Assembly (NCBI GenBank): GCA_963676565.1
Contig: OY781089.1
Span: 1,856,001-1,920,000, forward strand
Source of the DNA: Halarcobacter sp.
GTDB lineage: Bacteria > Campylobacterota > Campylobacteria > Campylobacterales > Arcobacteraceae
DNA: 64,000 nucleotides
Reading direction: 5' to 3'
The notes below the pieces were generated by a model. It was given only the letters and a program-made list of their open reading frames with translations, had not been told where the DNA came from and ran no database searches. Below are positions 42,100 to 53,670 of the stretch, piece by piece (position 1 is the first letter of the stretch; each line of letters starts with the position of its first letter). Position numbers and translations under genes: made by a program.

Positions 42100-42780
42100 A
42101 TGAGTGAGATTCACGAGTTTTTCAACAGACAAATAAAACTTTGGGGAGAAGAAACACAAGATTCCCTTCAAAATAAAAAAGTAGCTATTATTGGAAGTGG
42201 CGGATTAGGGTGTAGTTTAGGTATTGCATTAGGAGCTTCTGGTATTGGTGAGTTTGCATTTGTTGATTTTGATGAAGTAGGTGTTCACAATATTCACAGA
42301 CAAATTGGTTTTAAAGTTGGTGATGATGGAAAACCAAAGTGTGAAGTTTTAAAAGAGCTTGTTGAATCAAGATGTCCATATACAAAAGTTACTGCATATA
42401 ATGAAGGATTTGAAGAATTTTCTGCAAGAGATTTAGAATTTGATTTGATTATTGATGCAACTGATAATCTTCCAACAAGAGCTGCCATAAATGAATATTG
42501 CATAAATAAAAAACAACCATGGATTTATGGAAGTGTTGAAGAGTTTCATGGTCAAGTTTGTTTTTTTGAAGAAGCATCATATGAAGCTGTATTTCAAATA
42601 AATGATAGAAAACCAAACGGTATTGCTTGTCCTATTGTTATGCATATTGCATCTTTACAAGCAAATTTAGCGATTAGACATCTTGCTGGACTTCCTGTAA
42701 AAAAAGATATTTTATATTACCTTTCATTTGATGCTGAGGGTGTATTACAAAATCAAAAATTCAATCTTCCAAAAAATTAA
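42100..42780 (+). CDS. HesA/MoeB/ThiF-family protein
   Basis: RQI.LWG, GSGGLG, D.V..HNIHRQ, DATDN. Confidence 0.9.
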   Translation: MSEIHEFFNRQIKLWGEETQDSLQNKKVAIIGSGGLGCSLGIALGASGIGEFAFVDFDEVGVHNIHRQIGFKVGDDGKPKCEVLKELVESRCPYTKVTAYNEGFEEFSARDLEFDLIIDATDNLPTRAAINEYCINKKQPWIYGSVEEFHGQVCFFEEASYEAVFQINDRKPNGIACPIVMHIASLQANLAIRHLAGLPVKKDILYYLSFDAEGVLQNQKFNLPKN

Positions 42781-42806
42781 ATACAAGTGTCATTAGACAC
42801 TTGTAT
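42781..42806 (+). terminator. Terminator-like hairpin
   Basis: ATACAAGTGTC-ATTA-GACACTTGTAT perfect 11-bp stem directly after the stop codon. Confidence 0.65.
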
Positions 42807-42911
42807 AAGCTTTAAACAAAACTACTAATCTCTAACCCATTTTTAAGTACTTTTTTACTATAATATCCAGATTTTTAACTACATAATTGAAACTATTACG
42901 GGGAACTATAA

Positions 42912-45900
42912 ATGCCAAAACGAGAAGACATAAAATCTATTTTACTTATCGGTTCAGGACCAATTGTTATTGGACAAGCTTGTGAGTTTGATTACTCTGG
43001 TACTCAAGCAACAAAAACGCTAAAAGAGTTAGGATATAGAGTTGTTTTAATCAATTCAAATCCAGCTACTATTATGACAGACCCTGAATTTGCAGATAAG
43101 ACTTATATTGAGCCAATTACAGAAGAGGTTGTTGCAAAAATAATTGAAAAAGAAAATATTGATGCTATTTTACCAACTATGGGTGGTCAAACAGCACTTA
43201 ATGTTGCAACTTCAATGTACGATAAAGGGATGCTTGATGGAATTCATTTCCTTGGAGCAAACCCAGAAGCAATTAAAAAAGGTGAAGATAGACACTTATT
43301 TAATGAAGCTATGATTAAAATTGGTATGGATTTACCAAAAAGTGCAAATGCATATAATTTAGAAGAAGCAATTAAAGTTGCTAAAGAAATAGGTTTCCCA
43401 GTAATCTCAAGGGCATCATTTACTCTTGCAGGTGGTGGTTCTGGTGTTGCATATAACATGGATGAGTTTAAAGCATTAGCAGAAGCTGGTCTTGAAGCAT
43501 CTCCAATTAATGAAATTGAGATTATGGAATCTATGCTTGGTTGGAAAGAATACGAAATGGAAGTTATCAGAGATAGAAATGATAACTGTATTATTGTATG
43601 TTCAATTGAAAACCTTGACCCAATGGGTGTACACACAGGAGACTCTGTAACAATTGCACCAGCACTTACTCTTACAGATAAAGAGTACCAAAATATGAGA
43701 AATGCATCATTTGCTATTTTAAGAGAGATTGGTGTGGATACTGGTGGTTCAAATGTACAGTTCTCAATTTGTCCAAAAACAGGAAGAATGATTGTAATTG
43801 AAATGAATCCAAGAGTTTCAAGATCTTCTGCACTTGCATCTAAAGCAACTGGTTATCCTATCGCAAAAGTTGCTACACTGCTTGCAGTTGGATTTACACT
43901 AGATGAAATTGAAAATGATATTACAGGAACAGCTGCATCTTTTGAGCCAGTAATTGATTATATTGTAACTAAGATTCCAAGATTTACTTTTGAAAAATTC
44001 CCTAAAGCAGATTCAACATTAACAACAGGAATGAAATCTGTTGGTGAGGTTATGGCTATAGGTAGAACATTTAATGAATCTATACAAAAAGCACTTTGCT
44101 CAATGGAAACTGGAATAGTTGGATTTGATCCAATTTGTGATGATTTAGAAAAAATCAAAGCAGAAATTAGAAGACCAAATGCAGATAGATTAAGATATTT
44201 AATGGAAGCATATAGAAAAGGTCTTACAAATGAAGAGATTTTTGAGTTATGTGCTATTGATCCATGGTTCTTAGCAAAATTTAGAGAGATTTTTAATATT
44301 GAACAATCAATTGATGAAACAATTTTAAATGATGAAATAAAAATGAGAAATGCTAAAACAAATGGTTTCTCTGATTCTATGATTGCAATGTTAATTGATA
44401 AAACTGAAGAGGATGTTTATAGTGCTAGAAAAGCATTAGGTGTAGATTTTGAATACAATGAAGTTGATACTTGTGCAGCAGAATTTAAAGCTTTAACTCC
44501 TTATTTATATTCAACTACAAATATTACAAAGTTACCAAAAGTTGAGAAAAAAGATGATGAGAAAAAAGTTCTAATCATTGGTGGTGGTCCAAACAGAATT
44601 GGACAAGGTATTGAATTTGATTATTGTTGTGTACACGCTTCATTTGCATTAAATGAGATTGGTGTTAAAACAATCATGTACAACTGTAACCCTGAAACAG
44701 TTTCAACAGATTATGATACTTCAGATATTTTATATTTTGAGCCAATTGACTTTGAACATGTAAGATCTGTAATTGAGCAAGAAAATCCAGATGGTATTAT
44801 TGTTCACTTTGGTGGACAAACTCCATTAAAACTTGCAAATGCTATCCATGATGCAGGTGGAAAAATTATTGGTACAACTGCTGAAGTTATTGATTTAGCA
44901 GAAGATAGAGAAAAGTTCTCTAGTTTTGTTGAAAAAGCTGGATTATTACAACCAGAGAATGGTACAGCAGTAGAAGTAAATGAAGCTATTGCAATTGCTG
45001 AAAGAATTGGATATCCAGTATTAGTTAGACCATCATTTGTTCTTGGTGGTAGAGGTATGAAGATTGTTTACTCAACTGATGAGTTAAAACAATATATGGA
45101 TGAAGCAGTATCTGTATCAAATGATGCTCCAGTATTAATTGATAAATTCTTAGATAGAGCAATTGAACTTGATGTTGATTGTATTTGTGATGGAAAAGAA
45201 GTATATATTGGTGGAATTATGCAACATATTGAAGAAGCTGGGGTTCACTCAGGGGATTCAGCTTGTTCTTTACCTCCAATCTCAATTGATCAAGAGTTAA
45301 TTAAAGAATTAGAAGCTAAAACAAAAGCAATGGCACTAGGACTTGGTGTTGTTGGTCTTATGAATACTCAATATGCTATTCATAAGGGTCAAATTTACCT
45401 AATCGAAGTAAACCCAAGAGCATCTAGAACAGTTCCTTTTGTAAGTAAAGCAACTGGTATGCCACTTGCAAAAGTAGCAACTAGAGTTATGTGGGGAGAG
45501 AGTTTAAGATCAGCACTTGATAATTATAACTCTGATTTAGTATGGGAAGATAATGGTGTATTAAAACCAATATTAAAAGACCATGTTGCAGTTAAAGAAG
45601 CTGTATTTCCATTTAATAAACTTAGTGGTTCAGATCCAATCTTAACTCCAGAGATGAAATCAACTGGGGAAGTTATGGGTATTTCTGATAACTTTGGTGA
45701 GTCTTATGCAAAAGCACAAAGTGCAGCGAAAAATCACTTACCAACTGAAGGTAAAGTATTTATCTCTTTATGTGATTTAGATAAAGAGTTTGCTCCAAAA
45801 CTTGCATCTGATTTAATTAAAGAAGGATTCTCTGTAGTTGCAACAGGTGGAACACATAAAGTGATTTCAGAAGCTGGAATTGAGTGTGAGAAAGTACTTA

Positions 45901-46151
45901 AAATTAGTGAGGGTAGACCAAATATTACTGATAGTATTACAAATGGTGAAATTGCATTAGCATTTAATACTTCTGACGGTAAAGGTTCTTCAAAATCTGA
46001 TGGACAAGATATTAGAAGAGTGGTATTAAAAGAGAATATTCCTTATGTTACAACAGCAGCTGCAGCTTTAGCTTGTGTTGAAGCAATGAAAGTGTTAAAG
46101 CATAAAGATGGTGTAGGTGTTAAATCTATCCAAGAATTTTTAAATGACTAA
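42912..46151 (+). CDS. carB: Carbamoyl-phosphate synthase large subunit
   Basis: [17 protein letters not shown], two ATP-grasp halves, C-terminal MGS domain. Confidence 0.99.
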   Translation: MPKREDIKSILLIGSGPIVIGQACEFDYSGTQATKTLKELGYRVVLINSNPATIMTDPEFADKTYIEPITEEVVAKIIEKENIDAILPTMGGQTALNVATSMYDKGMLDGIHFLGANPEAIKKGEDRHLFNEAMIKIGMDLPKSANAYNLEEAIKVAKEIGFPVISRASFTLAGGGSGVAYNMDEFKALAEAGLEASPINEIEIMESMLGWKEYEMEVIRDRNDNCIIVCSIENLDPMGVHTGDSVTIAPALTLTDKEYQNMRNASFAILREIGVDTGGSNVQFSICPKTGRMIVIEMNPRVSRSSALASKATGYPIAKVATLLAVGFTLDEIENDITGTAASFEPVIDYIVTKIPRFTFEKFPKADSTLTTGMKSVGEVMAIGRTFNESIQKALCSMETGIVGFDPICDDLEKIKAEIRRPNADRLRYLMEAYRKGLTNEEIFELCAIDPWFLAKFREIFNIEQSIDETILNDEIKMRNAKTNGFSDSMIAMLIDKTEEDVYSARKALGVDFEYNEVDTCAAEFKALTPYLYSTTNITKLPKVEKKDDEKKVLIIGGGPNRIGQGIEFDYCCVHASFALNEIGVKTIMYNCNPETVSTDYDTSDILYFEPIDFEHVRSVIEQENPDGIIVHFGGQTPLKLANAIHDAGGKIIGTTAEVIDLAEDREKFSSFVEKAGLLQPENGTAVEVNEAIAIAERIGYPVLVRPSFVLGGRGMKIVYSTDELKQYMDEAVSVSNDAPVLIDKFLDRAIELDVDCICDGKEVYIGGIMQHIEEAGVHSGDSACSLPPISIDQELIKELEAKTKAMALGLGVVGLMNTQYAIHKGQIYLIEVNPRASRTVPFVSKATGMPLAKVATRVMWGESLRSALDNYNSDLVWEDNGVLKPILKDHVAVKEAVFPFNKLSGSDPILTPEMKSTGEVMGISDNFGESYAKAQSAAKNHLPTEGKVFISLCDLDKEFAPKLASDLIKEGFSVVATGGTHKVISEAGIECEKVLKISEGRPNITDSITNGEIALAFNTSDGKGSSKSDGQDIRRVVLKENIPYVTTAAAALACVEAMKVLKHKDGVGVKSIQEFLND

Positions 46152-46593
46152 ACCTTTAGATAAAGTATATTTAGTTCAAACTGACACAACAGTAGGTTTC
46201 TCATCATCTAATGATGAGAAACTTTCAGGAATAAAACAAAGACCAAATTCTCAAAAAATCCTTCAAACAGTAGATTCTTTTAAGACTTTAAATAGTTTTA
46301 CAAGAGTTCCTAAAGAGCATAGAAAAAAAGTTAGACACTCTAAAAAGACAACTTTTATTTATCCAAATGGTAATTCATATCGAGTGATTTTTCAAGATTG
46401 TAATTTTTATGATTTTATTAAGAAATTTAAGTCTTTGTATTCAACTTCTGCAAATTTAACAGGTAAAAATTTTGATGAAATTTTTGCAAAAGAAAAAAGT
46501 GATGTTATCGTTTATACAAAAGATAATTTTAATGAAACAACCGCTTCAACAATTTATAAACTAAGTAAAATAAAGAAAAAAAAGATTAGATAA
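46144..46593 (+). CDS. Short Sua5/YrdC (TsaC-like) protein
   Basis: [20 protein letters not shown]. Confidence 0.8.
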   Translation: MTKPLDKVYLVQTDTTVGFSSSNDEKLSGIKQRPNSQKILQTVDSFKTLNSFTRVPKEHRKKVRHSKKTTFIYPNGNSYRVIFQDCNFYDFIKKFKSLYSTSANLTGKNFDEIFAKEKSDVIVYTKDNFNETTASTIYKLSKIKKKKIR

Positions 46594-46594
46594 A

Positions 46595-47203
46595 TTAGTT
46601 TATACGATTTTTATAAACTAGTGCTAAAGCCAATCTATCTTTTACTTTTAATTTTTTAAACAATGAACTGATATATTTTTTTACTGTAACTTCAGCTATG
46701 TCAAGAGTATTAGCTATTTTACTATTAGTTAAGCCTTGGGCTACTAGTTCTAAAACTTCTAACTCTTTGATTTTTAAATCTTCAAATATCTTTTTGCCAT
46801 TGTTTTCGTTTAAAGGTATTGAGTTTATTAAAAACTGCATTAACTCAGGATAAACCCAGGTATTTCCATTTTTTACAGTTTCTATTACACTTTCTATTAT
46901 AGTGATATCACATAAAGAGTGAATATATGATTTAAACCCTTTTTTTAATAAAGCACAACCTTCAATATTATTTGTTGCATTTCTTATAGCTATGAATTTG
47001 CAATTGTAATTATCCAATAACTCTTGATATATTTTATCTGAATCATCAGTATCTAAATGTTGTAAAAATAAGATACTCTCATCTTCTAAAAAACTTAGGT
47101 TATAGAACTCTTCATATTTTTCTATTTGAATAATTTCAAATTTTGATGATTTATTTAATTCATTTATTAAAAAATCTTGTTTTGTAAGTGCTATTATTTT
47201 CAT
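46595..47203 (-). CDS. NarL/LuxR-type regulator with degenerate receiver domain
   Basis: KELEVLELVAQGLTNSKIA..L.IAEVTVKKY..LFKKL.V.DR HTH; start overlaps the upstream stop (ATGA). Confidence 0.88.
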   Translation of the reverse strand: MKIIALTKQDFLINELNKSSKFEIIQIEKYEEFYNLSFLEDESILFLQHLDTDDSDKIYQELLDNYNCKFIAIRNATNNIEGCALLKKGFKSYIHSLCDITIIESVIETVKNGNTWVYPELMQFLINSIPLNENNGKKIFEDLKIKELEVLELVAQGLTNSKIANTLDIAEVTVKKYISSLFKKLKVKDRLALALVYKNRIN

Positions 47204-48936
47204 ATATCAAGTGACCTTACAATTGGTTTTAAAATATAGCTTAAAATTGTTTTCTTACCAATTAATATATCTGCATCCACAGTCATACCTGGTTTGATTT
47301 CAAGCTTTTTGTTATTGTCTAGAAATTTTGTATCTGCTTTTATATGAACAATATAACTCTCTTTTTCTGGGTCTTTTTCATCAATTAAAGTATCAGCAGA
47401 GATATAAGATATCTCACCTTCAACTGCACCATATAAAGAGAAGTCATAGGGTCTTAGTTTTATTCTAACTTTTTGTCCTTCGTATAAAAAACCTATATCA
47501 GCTGGATCAACTTTAATCTCTGCCAACATATATTTTGTATCAGGAACAATTTGAGCCATTACAACTCCAGGTGAAACAGCTTCCCCTCTTGTTTTGACAT
47601 TAATCTTTTTTATAATCCCATCATCTGGAGATTTTATAATTGTTTCTGTTAATTTTTCTTCTAAATATTTTAAATCTTCTTTTACTGTTTTTAAATCATT
47701 ATATACAACTAAAAGTTCATCTTTAGATTTTGATCTGTAGTCTTCTGTTGTTTCATCTATACTTCTTTCGATCTCTTTAATCGATGATTTTAAAGTTGGG
47801 ATTGAACCTTTTAAACTTTTTAAATCAGCTTCTACATCATTTTTCTTTCTTTGTAAGTCAAGTAATTCAACTTTAGAAATGATTCTTTCTTCAACTAGTG
47901 GTAGTTTTATTTTCATCTCTTTTTGGATTAAATTATAATTGTCTTTTGTGATTTTCAAATTCTTATATGCATCACTTAAATCATTTTTTCTTTGTTCCAA
48001 TTGCTCTTTTAATACACTTATTGAAGATTGAAATTTTTTCTCATTTATTCTAAATAGTTGAATCTCATTTTCCATTATTTCTGGATTATATTTTATAACT
48101 TCGTTATCTTTTTTTATTTCAGTATTTTCAGTTTGCGCTTTTAATCTTTGAGCTTTTGCAATGAATGTATACATATTATATTTGTTTTTTTCAATTTCAC
48201 TTTTATAATTTACATCTGAAAGTTTGAAAAGGATTTCACCTTTTTTTACTTTAGTACCTTCTTTTACAAAGCTTTCTTTTAATATTCCCCCATCAAGTGA
48301 AGAGATTGTTTGAATATTTGTACTTGTAATTACTTTTCCATTTGTTTTTACAATATCATCAATTTTAGAAAAATATGACCAAGTTAGTAAAAATATGATT
48401 GTAAAAGTAATAAGCCATAAAACCTTATGCAAACCACTTGAGGTTTTAAGTAGTATTGCAGAAGAAAATGATGGCATAAATTCTAAAGTTGATTTATCAT
48501 GTTTCTTTTTTAAAAGATTTTCTTCATTAACCTTTTTAAGAGTTTTTTCTTTACTTATATCATGACTTGTAATAATAAAACCAATATGTTCTTTGTCATC
48601 GTTAAATAGGGGTGTTATGATTGTATCTGTCCAAATTAATGAATCATTGTGAGAACTATGTTTAATCTCACCTTTCCAAGTAGTCTTTAAACTTTTTGCT
48701 TCATTGAATTGGTTATTGAAATTTATAATTGAATCTTTTCTTATTAATAATGTGTAAGGTTTATCAATTAATTCTGATGGTTTATATTTAAATACATTAC
48801 AAAGACTTGTACTTACATGTTTAATTGTTCCTTCTTTATCTGTAAGGGCCAAAATTACATAATTATCTAACAATTCTCTATTCTGAAAAGTAAAACTTCT
48901 TTTCAACTGGTCGTCAAAATCTTTTTTTTCTTCCAC
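47200..48936 (-). CDS. HlyD-family T1SS membrane fusion protein with N-terminal PAS/PAC domain
   Basis: TDKEGTI..VS...C....Y...EL...WKGEI..WTDTIITP..IGFI...DIS (PAS); TM; GKVI..ISSLDGG, IKSP.DG, YDFSLYG, ISADT, IKPGM, YILKP. Confidence 0.9.
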   Translation of the reverse strand: MEEKKDFDDQLKRSFTFQNRELLDNYVILALTDKEGTIKHVSTSLCNVFKYKPSELIDKPYTLLIRKDSIINFNNQFNEAKSLKTTWKGEIKHSSHNDSLIWTDTIITPLFNDDKEHIGFIITSHDISKEKTLKKVNEENLLKKKHDKSTLEFMPSFSSAILLKTSSGLHKVLWLITFTIIFLLTWSYFSKIDDIVKTNGKVITSTNIQTISSLDGGILKESFVKEGTKVKKGEILFKLSDVNYKSEIEKNKYNMYTFIAKAQRLKAQTENTEIKKDNEVIKYNPEIMENEIQLFRINEKKFQSSISVLKEQLEQRKNDLSDAYKNLKITKDNYNLIQKEMKIKLPLVEERIISKVELLDLQRKKNDVEADLKSLKGSIPTLKSSIKEIERSIDETTEDYRSKSKDELLVVYNDLKTVKEDLKYLEEKLTETIIKSPDDGIIKKINVKTRGEAVSPGVVMAQIVPDTKYMLAEIKVDPADIGFLYEGQKVRIKLRPYDFSLYGAVEGEISYISADTLIDEKDPEKESYIVHIKADTKFLDNNKKLEIKPGMTVDADILIGKKTILSYILKPIVRSLDI

Positions 48937-49056
48937 TGTGAACCTTAATATTAGATAAAATCTAAGAAATGATTAAAATTAGTTATTATTTTATAAAAAT
49001 TTATATAAAACTTTGGTAATATGTACTTCTAATCTTTAGAGTGTAGGGAGAATACA

Positions 49057-51333
49057 ATGAATATTAGAATAAAAAAATTTATTATTTTTCAAATTTTAAT
49101 GGTTTCTTCTCTTTTTGGATTTTCTATAAAAGATGGTTTTCCATTAGCATTAGAAAATGACATGGATTTTAAAATTAATAAAAACAATTTAAATAATATA
49201 AATATTGATAAAAAAATTGCTGATGCATTATTATATCCATCAGTAGATTTTTCTGCAAATGTTGAAGCAAGTAGATTAACTCAAGGAAAATTAACCCCTG
49301 ACAATGAACCTTTAACAAAGTCTGACAAATATGAATTAAAATTTACTCAACCTATATTCGATGGTTTTGAATCATCATATGAAAAAAAACTTCAAGAACA
49401 AAAATTTAAATCTGCTATTTATTACTTGCAAGAGAGTCAAAATAGTATAGCTTTAAATTATGCAATTGCTTATGTAAATACTTTAAGAGAAAAAGATTTA
49501 TTAAATCTTAGTAAGGAAAGTTTACAAATTAGTAAAGATATATTTAATAAAGTTTATAAAAAAGTTAATGTTGGCTATGGTACTAAATTAGAGTTTGAAG
49601 AGGTTAAGGCAAATATGGCTGAAACTCAAGTTAACTTAGATATTCAAAAAATCAATTTGAAAGAAGCAATTGAAAATCTAAAATTGTATGTTCAAAGTGA
49701 CTTTGATAGTAGTGAGCTTGAAAAACCAAATTTAAATATAGATTTACCAAAAAATGTAAAAGAAGCTTTAGAAATAGCTTATACTAGAAATCCATCAATT
49801 AATGTTTCAAAAACAAATGTTTTTGTTGCAAAATTTGAACAACAAAGAGATAAAAAAGATTTTTATCCAAATTTAGATTTAGTTGGTTCATATAACATTA
49901 ATAATGCTTTATTTAAAGAAAGTGATGAAGAATACAATGAATATAAAGTTGGATTTGAAATTTCATATAATCTATTCAATGGTGGTAAAGACACCCTTAA
50001 AAATAAAAAATCTTTACAAAATATAAAAGATAAAGAATTATTAGTTAAAAAAAGTGAATATGAAGTAAAAACAGATTTAAGACTTGCATGGAACGCTTAT
50101 AAATTAAATAATGAAAAACAAGAGAGTTTAAAACAGTACTTAATAGTAAAAAAAGATGTATTAGATGCTACAAATAAAGAGTTTGATTTGGGACTTAAAG
50201 ATTTAAATACTCTTTTAGAAACTCACATAGAATATGTTGATATCAAAAAAGATTTAATTAGAAATACCTATGATTTAATAATTGCAAAATATAAAATACT
50301 TAATGCTATGGGTAAATTAAGTGATGTATTAGAAGATAAGTTACCAACTTTGGATAAAATTGATACTAATGATTTAGTTCAAAATATGCAAGAAAAATTA
50401 GATTTTTCATACGATAAAGATGAAAAATACAAGCAAAAGAAACTTACTGTAATAAATAAAAATAAAAAAGTCTTTTCAAAAGTTAAATATGAAAAACCAA
50501 TTAAAAAGGTTTCTTACCAAGATATTAACTATGAAAAAGTAAATACAAACCTTGAAAAAAATATTACAAATACAATAGAAAATAAGTTTAAAGAAAAGTT
50601 TTTAAATGCTTCAAAAAATAAATATACAATCAATCTTGCCTTATCTGATTCAGAAATAAAAGCTCAAAGATTATTGGATAGATATGATTTAAATGACAAT
50701 GCCTTTTTCTTTAGTTTTAGAGAAGTAAATCCATTACAAAGAATTGTAATGGGAGTTTATGATACTAAACAAGAAGCTAAAAAAGCCTTATCAAAACTTC
50801 ATAAAAATTTAAAAAGTAATAAACCTATTATAGAAAAAATTGCTATTAAACAAAAAGTTTATTACAAATATCATAGTAAAAATAAGCTAATTAAACAAAA
50901 TATTGAAATAGTAAAACCTACTCCTATAATGAATAAACCTTTAATAAGAAAAGTTGCTTTTTCTACTATTGAACCAGCTGAAAAAGAAGTTGAAAAACTT
51001 CAATATAACAGTTTTAAAGATAAGTTTTTAAATGCTTCAAAAAATAAATACACTATTAATTTAGCATATTCAGATTCTGAAATAAAAGCACAAGCTTTAT
51101 TAGATAGATATGGTTTATCAAATAATGGTTTCTTTTTCAAATTTAGATATGAAAACCCTTTACAAAAAATAATGCTTGGAGTATTTGACTCTAAAGCTGA
51201 GGCTTTAAAAGCTATGGCTTCTTTACCTAAAGGTTTAAAAATAAATAGACCAAGAGTAGAAAAAGTTTCAATTAAGCAGGCTTTATTTCATAAATATAAT
51301 AAAAATTATTCTACTAATCTTGGGAGTATATAA
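49057..51333 (+). CDS. TolC/LapE-like outer-membrane protein with two C-terminal SPOR-like repeats
   Basis: Signal peptide; YPSVDF, QPIFDG, YPNLDL, YNLFNGG OEP motifs; duplicated KYTINLA..GV(Y/F)D.K.EA..A...L C-terminal domains. Confidence 0.88.
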   Translation: MNIRIKKFIIFQILMVSSLFGFSIKDGFPLALENDMDFKINKNNLNNINIDKKIADALLYPSVDFSANVEASRLTQGKLTPDNEPLTKSDKYELKFTQPIFDGFESSYEKKLQEQKFKSAIYYLQESQNSIALNYAIAYVNTLREKDLLNLSKESLQISKDIFNKVYKKVNVGYGTKLEFEEVKANMAETQVNLDIQKINLKEAIENLKLYVQSDFDSSELEKPNLNIDLPKNVKEALEIAYTRNPSINVSKTNVFVAKFEQQRDKKDFYPNLDLVGSYNINNALFKESDEEYNEYKVGFEISYNLFNGGKDTLKNKKSLQNIKDKELLVKKSEYEVKTDLRLAWNAYKLNNEKQESLKQYLIVKKDVLDATNKEFDLGLKDLNTLLETHIEYVDIKKDLIRNTYDLIIAKYKILNAMGKLSDVLEDKLPTLDKIDTNDLVQNMQEKLDFSYDKDEKYKQKKLTVINKNKKVFSKVKYEKPIKKVSYQDINYEKVNTNLEKNITNTIENKFKEKFLNASKNKYTINLALSDSEIKAQRLLDRYDLNDNAFFFSFREVNPLQRIVMGVYDTKQEAKKALSKLHKNLKSNKPIIEKIAIKQKVYYKYHSKNKLIKQNIEIVKPTPIMNKPLIRKVAFSTIEPAEKEVEKLQYNSFKDKFLNASKNKYTINLAYSDSEIKAQALLDRYGLSNNGFFFKFRYENPLQKIMLGVFDSKAEALKAMASLPKGLKINRPRVEKVSIKQALFHKYNKNYSTNLGSI

Positions 51334-51338
51334 TTTAA

Positions 51339-53528
51339 ATGCCACAAACTGATAATTTTGATTTTAACTCTATAAAAGAGTACAACCGAGAAAATTCAAT
51401 TCTTGATACCCTTACAATATATTGTAAAATGAATGGGAGACCTTATTCTAAGGAATCTTTAATTGCAGGTTTACCTATTGAAACGGGAAGAAATACTCCT
51501 ATTTTATTTTCTAAATCTAACTCTAAATCACTTTTTTCAAGGGCTGCTTTAAAAGCAGGCTTTAAAACTAAGGTTTTAAGAGCTAAATTATATGATATCA
51601 ATCCTCTAACTTTGCCTTGTATATTACTACTAGATAATAAAAAAGACAAAGATGAACTTGAAGCATGTATTCTTTTAGGTTTCGATGAAGAGTACAAAAA
51701 TGCGAAGGTGATTTTCCCTGAAGCTCCTGAAGTAGAAAGTTTAGTTCCAATTGAAGAATTAGAGAAAAGATATTTTGGTTTTAGTATACTTCTTAAAAAA
51801 GAGCTTGATTTTAAAGAAGATAAAACATCTTTATCAATAAAAGAAAGCCACTGGTTATGGGGAAGTATAAAGATTGTAAGAAATGTATATAGAGATGTAA
51901 TTATCGCTTCTTTACTAATCAATCTTTTTGTTCTTTCTACGCCACTTTTTACAATGAATGTTTATGATAGAGTTATTCCTAATAATGCAGTTGATACCCT
52001 TTGGATATTTGCAATTGGTGTTGTCTTTATTTATGGAATTGATATAGCCTTAAAATTTTTGCGTTCTTATTTTCTGGAAACTGCAGCTAAAAAAACTGAT
52101 ATTATCGCTTCTTCAATTATTTTTGAAAAAGTTTTAGATTTAAAAATGTCATCGGTTCCAAATTCAGTTGGTTCTTTAGCGAATATTTTAAAAGAGTTTG
52201 AGAGTATTAGGGGATTTTTAACCTCTTCAACGATTGCTTTATTGATTGATGTTCCATTTATTTTTATCTTTTTATTTGCTATTTATTTTATCGGTGGAGC
52301 TTTAGTATTGGTTCCTATTGCAATTATTATCATTATTTTAATCTATACATATTATTCAAAAATAAAATTAGCAAATAGTATCAAAGAATCATATGATGCA
52401 GGTTCAAATAAAAATGGTGTATTAATTGAAAGTTTATCTTCTATAGAAACTATTAAATCTTTAGGGGCAACTGGATATTCACAATGGAGATGGGAAGAAG
52501 CTACATCAAAAATTGCAGATAAAAGTATTAATACAAAAATGATATCTTCTTCAATTACAACAGTAACTTCATTTTTAGTTCAGTTAAATACTGTTGCACT
52601 TGTAATAATGGGAACATATTTAATTATTGATAATAACCTTACTATGGGGGGATTAATTGCTACAATTATAATCTCTTCAAGAGCTATTTCTCCAATGGGA
52701 CAAGTTTCATCACTATTATCAACATTTCAACATACAAAAACTACATATGAAGCATTAAATGATATTATGAATTTACCTGTTGAACACCCACAAGGTAAGA
52801 AATTTGTAACAAGACCAGAATACAAAGGTAAAATTGATTTTAGAAATGTAAGCTTTACATATCCAAATGCTGATAAAGAGACTTTAAGTAATATCTCTTT
52901 TAGTGTAGAACCAGGGGAAAAAATTGCAATTATTGGTAAAATTGGTTCTGGAAAAACAACTATTCAAAAACTACTTGTTTCTTTATATCATCCAAATGAA
53001 GGTTCTATTTTAATAGATAATATAGATATTAAACAGTTAGACCCATCAGAACTTCGAAAAAATATTGCATATGTATCTCAAGATGTTTTACTTTTTGATG
53101 GTACAGTGAAAGAAAATATTGTTTATAGAACACCAAATATTGATGATGAAAAAATACTTGAAGCTGCTAAAATTAGTGGTGTATTAGATTTTGTTAATAA
53201 GCATCCAAAAGGTTTTGATATGCCTGTTGGGGAAAGAGGTTCTTTTCTTTCTGGTGGACAAAAACAAGCAATAGCAATTGCTAGATCTATTTTACTACCT
53301 TATCCAATTGTACTATTTGATGAACCTACAAGTTCTATGGATACATCTTCTGAAAATAGATTTATAAATAGTATAAGAAACTACCAACAAAATAAAACTG
53401 TTGTTTTAGTTACTCATAAGACATCACTTTTAAGACTAGTTGATAGAATTATTGTGGTTGAAGATGGGCAAATCATCTTAGATGGTAAAAAAGATATTAT
53501 TATCAGTAAACTAAATAATAAAAAATAA
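51339..53528 (+). CDS. T1SS permease/ATPase, LapB/LssB-like
   Basis: N-terminal C39-like domain; PLFTMNVYDRV; GKIGSGKTT; LSGGQKQ; DEPTS. Confidence 0.95.
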   Translation: MPQTDNFDFNSIKEYNRENSILDTLTIYCKMNGRPYSKESLIAGLPIETGRNTPILFSKSNSKSLFSRAALKAGFKTKVLRAKLYDINPLTLPCILLLDNKKDKDELEACILLGFDEEYKNAKVIFPEAPEVESLVPIEELEKRYFGFSILLKKELDFKEDKTSLSIKESHWLWGSIKIVRNVYRDVIIASLLINLFVLSTPLFTMNVYDRVIPNNAVDTLWIFAIGVVFIYGIDIALKFLRSYFLETAAKKTDIIASSIIFEKVLDLKMSSVPNSVGSLANILKEFESIRGFLTSSTIALLIDVPFIFIFLFAIYFIGGALVLVPIAIIIIILIYTYYSKIKLANSIKESYDAGSNKNGVLIESLSSIETIKSLGATGYSQWRWEEATSKIADKSINTKMISSSITTVTSFLVQLNTVALVIMGTYLIIDNNLTMGGLIATIIISSRAISPMGQVSSLLSTFQHTKTTYEALNDIMNLPVEHPQGKKFVTRPEYKGKIDFRNVSFTYPNADKETLSNISFSVEPGEKIAIIGKIGSGKTTIQKLLVSLYHPNEGSILIDNIDIKQLDPSELRKNIAYVSQDVLLFDGTVKENIVYRTPNIDDEKILEAAKISGVLDFVNKHPKGFDMPVGERGSFLSGGQKQAIAIARSILLPYPIVLFDEPTSSMDTSSENRFINSIRNYQQNKTVVLVTHKTSLLRLVDRIIVVEDGQIILDGKKDIIISKLNNKK

Positions 53529-53555
53529 GACTTTAAATCTTTTCTCTATAACTAG

Positions 53556-53580
53556 AAGGTTAACTATATTAGTTGACCTT
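53556..53580 (+). terminator. Hairpin between the T1SS operon and the adhesin gene
   Basis: AAGGTTAACTA-TAT-TAGTTGACCTT; a TATAAT box follows at 53632-53637. Confidence 0.55.
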
Positions 53581-53670
53581 TCTTAAAAAATAATTTATAC
53601 CAAAGTATACTTTACAAGATAAAATAATTTTTATAATATAGTCATAATAATTTGTGTAAAAGGATTTATT

